Shown: piece by piece, positions 9,632-18,400 of the stretch
Position numbering within the stretch: position 1 is the first letter of the stretch
How the letters are laid out: every line of letters starts with the position of its first letter
Source: Catajapyx aquilonaris
Lineage: Eukaryota
Direction of reading: 5' to 3'
Length of the DNA stretch: 38,211 nucleotides
Assembly (NCBI GenBank): GCA_000934665.2
Contig: JYFJ02003740.1
Coordinates: 1 to 38,211, forward strand
The notes under the pieces: generated by a model
The model's database searches: none
The model's input: only the letters and a program-made list of their open reading frames with translations
Told to the model about the DNA's origin: nothing
Position numbers and translations under genes: made by a program

Positions 9632-11328
9632 TTACTCGTTCTCTTCACTGCGGAGTCTTGCATGTGCATTGGTGACTCGTATGGACAACTGCTGGGCACG
9701 TTCAATGATGCTCTTTCGCTTCTGTGAGGACACACCATGGGCCACCTCAGCACAGTATGTACGATTGTGCATCATGAGAACCTCCAGCTCCTGTTGAAAC
9801 CAAACATCCTGTGTTATACTTCCTCTTAAGCCAACATTGCATGAAGGTATTCACAGTGGAATCACTAGCATTGATGATGTCAGAAGCAAAGTGAAAGTAT
9901 TGAATGGCCACCTCCATAAGGGCTGATGTCAATCTCAAGTTAGAAAACCCTCTGCCTAGATTATTTATTAGCCTTCTACCACCTACCAACAACTCCAATA
10001 ATGCCTCCTTGTCATAATTAATTTTCAGAGAGGAGCATTTTGGGGAATGAGATTGTCACAATCACACTGATATAAATGCGCAAATGGGAAGCATAAGGCA
10101 TACAAGCGAATGGCTAGGTGGGTATTCTTAACCCTAATAAGACAGGTGGTTTTTCGCGTTTTTGCAAGTATCTGCAAAAAATTCGCTTTCGTTGGGACTT
10201 GGGGGACGAGACTTCAAAACACTAGTGAATAAGATCGTATAAAGTCCAGGCTCGATCCTGAGGCCATCTATGTGACCCTCCTCTCATGCGTATGCAGTGG
10301 AAACTCTCATATGTACGAGCATGCGAATCGAGCCATACAGAGGCCAGCGTTGAAGTGTGCAGACTCCCGCCATCCGCTAACTGACATTTACGAACATTTA
10401 TTTATTTTAAAACCATTAAATCTTTTGCACTAATTTTAGGGTGGAATCTCTTGAGGAGGTTTGGGGGCAACTATGCCAAAAATTTGCTGGTCAAGGGCGT
10501 TTTTTGTTTTTTTTTCCAGCGGCTGCAAAAAGATGATTTCATTCGAGTTAATCCGGTTAATCCGGTTTATTTATGCACGATTTTGTCGTCCAAAACTCGC
10601 GATTTTTTACGCGAGAGGAAATTAAAAAAGCCACACAGAAACCAAGTTACATAGTGGGAAAATGCTAGTTTCGCCAGCAGAATTTTTTAAAGCCACTGTC
10701 ACAGCATATGTGACGCCCGTCTTATTAGGGTTAAGTCTAAGTGTAACACTGAATGACTTATCAAATTGTCATTCCTACATTGTATGGCACCTTTTCAATG
10801 AGATCCAGTTCTTGAAAATCAGGCCAATTAACAGATCTACACAGGGAATCATCCATAACTTTACACATCTATTCTGGTGAATCCCAACTGGGTAACCACA
10901 ATGCGCTGCTGCCTACTGTTGCAAAAGTTAATATTCTTAATTTTCCTCCAACTTTTGACCTACTATGGATTACAGGATAACACTGGTAACCTTTTTTTGA
11001 TCATGCCTAAGAAGATAGGTTTCAGTTGCGATCAGGGCCTACCACGCCCTTCGCAACCATTCCCCCCTGGGCAGCACCATACCTTCAGGTTGTGGACCAC
11101 CACCTTCTTGAAGCCGTTGGGCAGGATGTGCCTCTTCTTCCTGTCAGTTCCATACCCAATGTTGGGCATGAGGTACTGGCCCTTGAACCTCCTCCTGACA
11201 CGGTTGTCAATACCCTTGGGCTTCCTCCAGTTCCGCTTCAGTTTCACATATCGGTCGCTCTGGTGCCGGGTGAATGTCTTTATGCGCTTCTTCTTCAGGT
11301 TAGGCTTCACCAGTGGTCGGATAGCCAT
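9632..11328 (-). CDS. RpL32: 60S ribosomal protein L32 (eL32), 134 aa
   Basis: Coding exons 11328-11083 (MAIRPLVKP...[42 protein letters not shown]...VHNLK) and 9790-9632 ([52 protein letters not shown]), joined by a GT-AG intron in phase 0. Confidence 0.97.
10132..10730. mobile_element. Non-autonomous piggyBac element in RpL32 intron 2
   Basis: TTAA at 10128-10131 and 10731-10734; TIR CCCTAATAAGAC(A/G)GG(T/C)G with CCC...GGG ends. Confidence 0.9.
10764..10930 (-). ncRNA. Candidate intronic H/ACA snoRNA
   Basis: Sense-strand hairpin at 10849-10771 with an internal loop, followed by ACA (10769-10767) 15 nt from the upper stem. Possible H box AGAATA at 10875-10870. The 5' hairpin is weak and no target was identified. 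Confidence 0.3.
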
Positions 11329-11703
11329 GTTTGCAACTGCAACAGAAACATCAGCGTTACAATTCATGCGCAGTACCCTCAAATACAACACTGGAAGTTA
11401 CAATGTAAACTGACGGAAAGGCTACGCTACTTTTTTTTAAATTTATTACAGCAATGTTTGGTTATATTCACTTCTATTTAATATTATTATTATATTATTT
11501 CTGTTATATTTTCTGGAGAACTTTGCACCAATCCAGTACATGAGGCCATGCGTACGTGGCTCAGCTCCCTGCCTACTCTCGACTCTTAATATCCGTGCAT
11601 CCAGCTATAATTACATCTAGGTCGGGCAGTGATGGCGAATACGGATGATACGGATTAAGCCGGATTCCCGCAGAATTCGGCCCAAAAAATGCGTGCAACT
11701 CAC

Positions 11704-11720
11704 CTTCGGGAGAAGAAAAC
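11704..11720 (-). other. RpL32: RpL32 non-coding first exon with 5' oligopyrimidine (TOP/TCT-type) start
   Basis: Minus strand reads GTTTTCTTCTCCCGAAG|GTGAGT; matching acceptor TTGCAG| opens exon 2 at 11336, 8 nt before the ATG. Confidence 0.75.
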
Positions 11721-11964
11721 TCGCCTAACGACACAACACCGGAAATCGGAAGCAGGTGGCAGATGGCAGCACCGAACACTGCTCACGTTTACTGAATTCA
11801 TTAATTTTAAAAATTAGTGCGCACAAGACGTTTCGTACTTAATTAGATATTTTTAAAATGGTCCGGTTGTAAAATTAAAACAGGCAAAATGAATAGGGAG
11901 GAGTCCAAATCAGCGCCACCTGGCGGGATGACGTCATTGACTGGCAGTATTTTCCGGCCGCAAG
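11721..11964. promoter_or_regulatory. Bidirectional promoter for RpL32 and MOB3
   Basis: Head-to-head genes ~250 bp apart in CpG-rich sequence. Motifs: tandem CGGAA ETS-type sites (~11739-11752), CTCF-like CCGCCAGGTGGCGCTG (minus, 11911-11926), perfect CRE TGACGTCA (11929-11936), and YY1/Pho-like AAGATGGCG over the MOB3 ATG. Confidence 0.7.
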
Positions 11965-14086
11965 ATGGCGCTGAGTGGCTTCGTCGAGTTCTTCCAGAAG
12001 GGAAAGGTAGGCCGCAGCGAAATTGTAAGTTTTGGTTTTTACCCATCGTTTTTTAAAAGCCTTTTCGGGTGCAGGCATCCGTCTCCTTGCAACAGGCTTT
12101 GGTTTGGACCTGGGGCACCTTTCCTCCCTTATTCCTCACTCGCTTCCTGGCTTGGCTTCCGGGAGAATTTGCGTAATCGGGAGGACTTAGGTCACGCCTA
12201 ATTATAATGGAAGATTTTTTCTTCTTCTTCTTCCCCTCGCAGACTTTCAGACCAAAGAAGAAGTTCGAGCCCGGCACCTTGAAGTACTCGTTGCACAAGC
12301 AGGCGCAGGCCTCACTCAACTCTGGAATCAACCTGCGCACTGTTGTGCAGCTTCCGCCTGGAGAGAATCTCAACGACTGGATTGCAGTGCATGGTATTTG
12401 ACATTGGGGGGGAACTGCTTTCTGGAGAAGTGAAGTGGTTGGGAGTGAGATCAGAAGCGTTGCAGTCATGTTCTCATGTTTATAAATTTTTCACAATTTT
12501 CTAATGGAAATTTTTTCAAGTTAATATACATGACTGATATAAATATGCAGCAGTACTTCTGTATGCTATGAAACTCTGCATCTGTTTGAATTTACATATG
12601 CCATTCATGGGTCAAAACTAATGAATAGTTATTGCCTGTCCTTGGCATAAAGGCCAATCCCACCCACTGACTTATCTGAATCCCATTCCCTCCAGATTGC
12701 CTGCTGAGATAACTCAGGGCATGTGAAGGCTTGGAAAGGCAAGAAGTTGTCATATGTAATTCACGTAGTAATTTCTGAAATAGTATCGCTGTGTAAAGAT
12801 GTGACAACCCCGCACGTCTTCCTCAGCCTTATCACAGCATTATCTTGGTGGGCGATACGGAGGGCTTGGGATTCAGAAAATGTGGTGGGTGGGATACACC
12901 CAAGATAAACAATAGAGCTTTGCACTTGGCATTTTGGTCGATAACTTTTCCCAATTGGTACTCATCATGCAGCTTCTTGAGATGAGGTAATGATTACCAT
13001 CTCCTTTTGCAGTGGTTGATTTCTTCAATCGGATCAACCTCATATATGGCACGGTTTGTGAGTACTGCACTGAACAGACATGTCCTACCATGTCTGGAGG
13101 CCCAAAATTCGAATATCTCTGGTGCGATGGACAGAAGTACAAGAAACCAACACCTCTACCTGCCCCACAATACGTGTCACTTCTTATGGACTGGACTGAA
13201 GCACAGATAAACAATGAGAATGTTTTCCCTGTTACAATGGGTTAGTGTACTATTTATTTATTTATTTTATTTTGAATACCCCATTATAGGGGCACTCTTA
13301 GGGGGAGGGTTAGTGTGCTACTTTTCACCTCTTTGCTGCAAGATGTTATGCTGACAATGTTCACTCGCTTGTTTTTTCAGATGTGCCATTTCCCAAGTCA
13401 TTCCATAGCCTGTGTAAGAAGATCCTGACAAGATTATTCCGTGTCTTTGTGCACGTGTACATTCACCATTTCGATCGCATTGTGGCAATTGGTGCGGTAC
13501 GTACATGCCCTTAATCTGAAGAGCAACTTGTGGCTAATTAGAGTCTGCGATTCAGGTGCAAAGCGAAGCAATGCATGCAGGTAGACCTCAATATGAGGAA
13601 GGAATTTTGATAACAACAGTACATAATAGACATTGTCTCAGTCCATCTGTCTGTGAAGCCAACAAATTTGCCAGGCATCAGTTACTATGCATGCACACCA
13701 CCTGTGCAGCATACATATTATGATAGTCATACACAGCAATTCAGGCACCTGAAGTCTCACATCCAGAGTCTACCATATTAGTTTATTATGTTTATTAGAC
13801 AGTCACTCTGCTGGGTAGTTTTCCATATCTTGCTTTAATAAAATTAGTTTAATTGTTTGCAACTTTACAGGAGGCGCATGTGAACACTTGTTACAAGCAC
13901 TTCTATTACTTTGTGATGGAATTTGAGCTCGTGTCAGCCAAGGAGTTGGAACCACTGAAGGAAATGACAGCCAGAGTCTGCCGAGATGGCCCTTCTTCAG
14001 ATCCCTATCCGCAGTTACCACACCGATCGCAGTTGCCAGCCACTCCATCTGGCGCGTGTGCATCTCCTGCCCACGTTAGCAGGTGA
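11965..14086 (+). CDS. MOB3: MOB kinase activator-like 3, 250 aa
   Basis: Exons 11965-12006, 12243-12393, 13013-13240, 13381-13496 and 13871-14086, all GT-AG and in phase (753 nt). Motifs [85 protein letters not shown]. Confidence 0.95.
13253..13306 (-). mobile_element. 5'-truncated SINE/LINE 3' end in MOB3 intron 3
   Basis: Minus strand TCCCCCTAAGAGTGCCCCTATAATGGGGTA plus an (AAAT)n tail, matching the SINE terminus seen elsewhere. TSD GGGTTAGTGT(A/G)CTA at 13239-13252 and 13307-13320. Confidence 0.8.
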
Positions 14087-14524
14087 TGAGTATTTCCTGA
14101 ACATTTTTCAAAGGTACTACGAGGAATAGAAACAACTTTTGAGGGTTAGTTGGTATGTCACTGTGATATAGTGGGAAGTTGTGATTTGTTTGCAATATTA
14201 GTGGGCCGAATTACTGAACTACCTGCAGAAATAACATCACAAATTTGTGATACAAATGTTGTACAGTGCTTCTCTCTAGTGACATCTTTATCCTCTTCCT
14301 TTCTTTTGACTGTTAACTACAACCATGTTATACTTATTCCTAGTCAAAAAAAAAAAAAATCTCTTCCGTAGCATTTGTTTTTGGTTTTTGCTGCGGCCAT
14401 TCAAATGGAGCATAATGTATTTATTGCCTTTATATGTACTGTTTGGATAACTCGTATTCTGTTTACTTCTCCCTGTGATAATTTCTTTTAAACTGTAACT
14501 CACTAGTCCCTAATTATGTCACCA

Positions 14525-14530
14525 AATAAA
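14525..14530 (+). terminator. Probable MOB3 poly(A) signal
   Basis: AATAAA ~440 nt after the stop codon, followed by a T-rich tract. Confidence 0.55.
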
Positions 14531-14555
14531 TTGCAAGTGTTCACTTCTACACATT

Positions 14556-14561
14556 TTTATT
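14556..14561 (-). terminator. Probable Csp poly(A) signal
   Basis: AATAAA on the minus strand ~900 nt after the distal Csp stop codon. Confidence 0.5.
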
Positions 14562-15460
14562 TAATGCGTAACATTAACTGTACATAGTTCAAATCCACAA
14601 AAATCCTGTGACATCCACTCTGTGCTATAGTGATTGCTGTTATGCATTCCAACTGCACAAGGATGGGACAGAAGGTTGAATTTTCCCATGACTGTGCATC
14701 GACGTAATGGCTAGTCGTCAAGACATCAATAGATCAACAAAAATAATAATCAAAAAGAGCCACAAAAAAACCAGCTTTGATAACAATAGATGCATTGGCA
14801 CCTTCTCTCTTGGAATGCCTCAACACATGATGAGCTAAAAAAGACCCTTCTAGTGTTATTTACATGGCTCTTTGCACTTTGACTAGGACAAAAAGTCACA
14901 TCACAACACCTTGCACCTCACTTCCTGGAGTTTTCTTATTAGGTTCAGAAGGGGACAGATTGAACAATAATGTGGAGGGGGGAAAATACTGCCGCTGATA
15001 ACACTAACAAATGCCAAGATCTTCATACGGAGTAATGAAAACTGTTGCAGTCCGGCGTGGCTCACCAGCACCTCACTCGCAAAAAATCTATTCAAAAATT
15101 TCACAATTTGCACCCTAATTCAAGAGAGAATGAGAAGAGGGTACAGAAGGCTGGAGGAAGGAAACTGTTACGTTCCTATTTAAGAAAAAAGTGAGTATGA
15201 TTCAAATTCACGCTCTCGAGGGAAATAGGGGTACCATAAATTGTGCAGGTAAATTACCTAAGGAGAGGTGAGGAGACAGATTTTATCCCTCTATGTTTTT
15301 CATCTGATGAGATAAAGAGGGTGAAAATAAGTACTTATACATATTGAACCTTCATGCATTCCCACCCTCATTAATGTGTAGCTTTTGCAAGATGAGTAAA
15401 ATACCATATTTTTCAAGTGAAGAAGCTGTCCCTGCCAAGGTAGTCCCTCTTCTCAGCTGG

Positions 15461-18400
15461 TTAGCGGAGATCGACATCTGTGAGGAAGAAGTCATTTTAA
15501 ATATGCACTTTCAATGTACACAATGTTTCACTCTGATTAGGGAAACCAAAATGAACCCAACTCACCCAAATCATAACTTTTCAACCACTCAGGCTTGTAA
15601 TCATGTAACCTAATTGGGAACTTCAGTTGCTCTGCCTTGCATGCCCATTCCTGCAGAAATCAACAGTGTGAAGCCAGCAGTGCATGTAAAAATTGCCAAA
15701 ATAATAAATTATACAGTGCCAGATCATGTGCAATTGCATGACAACTAAATACTGGCAGAAAAGTGTGTCATTAATTGAGTCTGGATTTTTAGGCACGAAA
15801 AAACCTCAAATAGGGACAAAAACTTTACTTTTGCGGGCGTGTGGAGGATAATGCTACACAAAATGTAAAAGCTATAATAATTTTACAGGCCAATAGTATA
15901 CATATAAGGTCACAAACCATATCAAAAACTGAATAAGAACGATACACTGACAGAACATCACAAAACTTGGGCAAAAGAGACAAAGTGCATGCAAGTATCC
16001 CTTGCTCTGGGCTCTACCGCTTACGACCAGTTTCCACTTGCACAATGGGGAAGTAGCCTTCATTTTGGAAACTACATAATAAATTCGCCCATATTTTTTG
16101 GATTTTTTTGGCATATTCCGTTTTAAGATATCAGTTTCAGTTCCGGAGATATTGGCGTTTTTTCGTAGGCAAATGGTGACATCACTGTTTGCCTAGAAAA
16201 TGTTGACGTCATGCGAAGTGAAATGAAAGCAAAAATGGTGTTATAGAATGCGCCCCGTCATTGTCGTAAAATGCTTCGCTGTTGTTAGCAACCGTCCCAT
16301 TCCACGAGCAAGATAGCGGCCGGGGCGCGTATTTATTCCAGGCCGCTCAAATCGCTTCTGGGCTGACAGTGGTGCCAACTGGTAGGAATTATCTGTCACC
16401 CGAATCCGGCACATGAAGGCCCCCTTTCTCCACCTCGATGGCCTACAGCCGCCTTGCGAATGCTTTCCGTCGCGTCCGCGGTTAATTCAAAGACAAATTC
16501 CTCATATCTCGCAGTCAACCAGGCATTTCAGAGTACCCTTTCGATTGGCACCACCCGGCTGCCCCGTTTTTCCCGCCAATTTTGAAGGCACTTGTAAATG
16601 TGCCGTAATTTATCCAGTAATGTCATTTTGATACAACAAAGTGATGGAATGTATATTTACAGGCCTGGGCTAGCTAGTTATGAACAAAAATCCCAAATCC
16701 CAGACCAAGGCTACTTCCCCATTATGTTGCCAAATATTTGTCTAAATTTTGTCACGGCAATATGATTCACATTACTTCCGAACGATTGTGGCCCTTTTAG
16801 GAGCACAAAAAATACTCCGCAAAAAACCCAACATGCCTCTGAAGGAATTGGTATGGAATAGGCCCAAAAAATCCTGAAATGGCTTCAAAAAGTTCAAAAA
16901 CTATCCCAAAAAAGGCCAACTAGGCATGAAAAGTCGCAAAAAGGCAGTTCCAAAAACCACGCAATAGGCCGTTTTAGGCATTATAAAACCTACATTTTCC
17001 ACATCCTGCACTTATGAAATGGATAGATCTCTTCACAAAACCATCTCAACTGCAAAGGAACTAAATAGGCATTTGCCTAGAAATCCAGACTCTAGTCATT
17101 AACATTGAACTCTCCTGCAAAGCCCACATCATTAAAGTGACACACTTTACAAAATATATGAAAAGGCTTCATAAAAGTGCAAAGAGAAGAATAAAAATAA
17201 AAAGTGCAAAGAGAAGAATGATATAACAAATGTTACTTAGAGCTTCACTCGTGAAGTCAAATTAGATGTGTAGTGCACATACACTTGCTGCCTGCACATC
17301 TTATTTGCATGCAATTAACTACGTTCATTCCCTTGTTAGAAAGGGAGGTACATAAAAAGTGAATGCACATTTTAAAAAGCAGCACATGAATATTTATATT
17401 TCAAAACTAGGATTACAAACAAATCCTACATGCAATTATTACGATTTCAGACACCATTGTGGTTGTTACATGATATTTCATATAAACATGCATCAACAGC
17501 AACATAGTGCCAAGAGCTTAATTCTGAATCTTTCTACTTGTCACATCCTTCAACACCCAACTGATTTCCTAACCTGGCGTGTAGACAGGTTTGTCAAATG
17601 GATTGAGAGCAGTCTGCTCCGTTGCTCCCATTAGTCCGGCACTAGGCTGCTGTGGTCCTGGTGGTGGGGGCATGGCAAACACTTGTGCCCCAGGCTGGGA
17701 GGTCACAGGGTCAGGAGAGCCAGAACGAGAGGTACGCTGGCCTCGCGCCCTCTCCTCGTCATCACTGTAGTCCTCCTGCATCCATGCACACGGAAGCATA
17801 ATGAACTTACCATAATCAACCAAAGTATATGACGAGTTAAAAGGCATCACGGAATTGTATTAAATTTGGGAGTTATTGTTTGAAGTTCATAGCAGTGGTA
17901 GATGGCCCCTGATTTTTCAAGTTACATCTTGTTCTCAAAGTGAAGCTGATGTGTGCACATGCATGATGGATCATTCAAAGCGATGTCATACTGTGCAAGC
18001 TTTATCATCACCAAATGCCAGTTGTTGTGAACTATTTGAGACTGTAAATTTAGGGCACCACTTACCACTGCCATGAAAATCAATGGCAAAGTTCCTAAAC
18101 ACACCAATCACCACCTGAAATTTAAAACTTTTGCTATTTACACTAAATATATGTTTGTTATACTAGGTACCTATTTAATGCCACTTTCACTGTTCTCATT
18201 CATACTCTTATGCACAATTAGCACCAAATATATTAGTGCTGGAAGCCAAATATTCCATATCATGTAGGGTAGTATTCCGACCAGGTTTTTGGTATTTCTG
18301 TGATTCAAGTCACGTCTAACATGGTTTGACAAGGACAAACGAGGCACTAATTTGGTGAAATATCAGACAAATTTTTTTTTCAGAAGTTAGACATGTAAAG

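Noticed and set aside
10877..11481. 178-aa and 151-aa plus-strand ORFs
   Set aside because: Antisense shadows of RpL32 exon 2.
17173..17219. 20-bp direct duplication AAAAGTGCAAAGAGAAGAAT
   Set aside because: Simple local duplication with only two copies; not an array.
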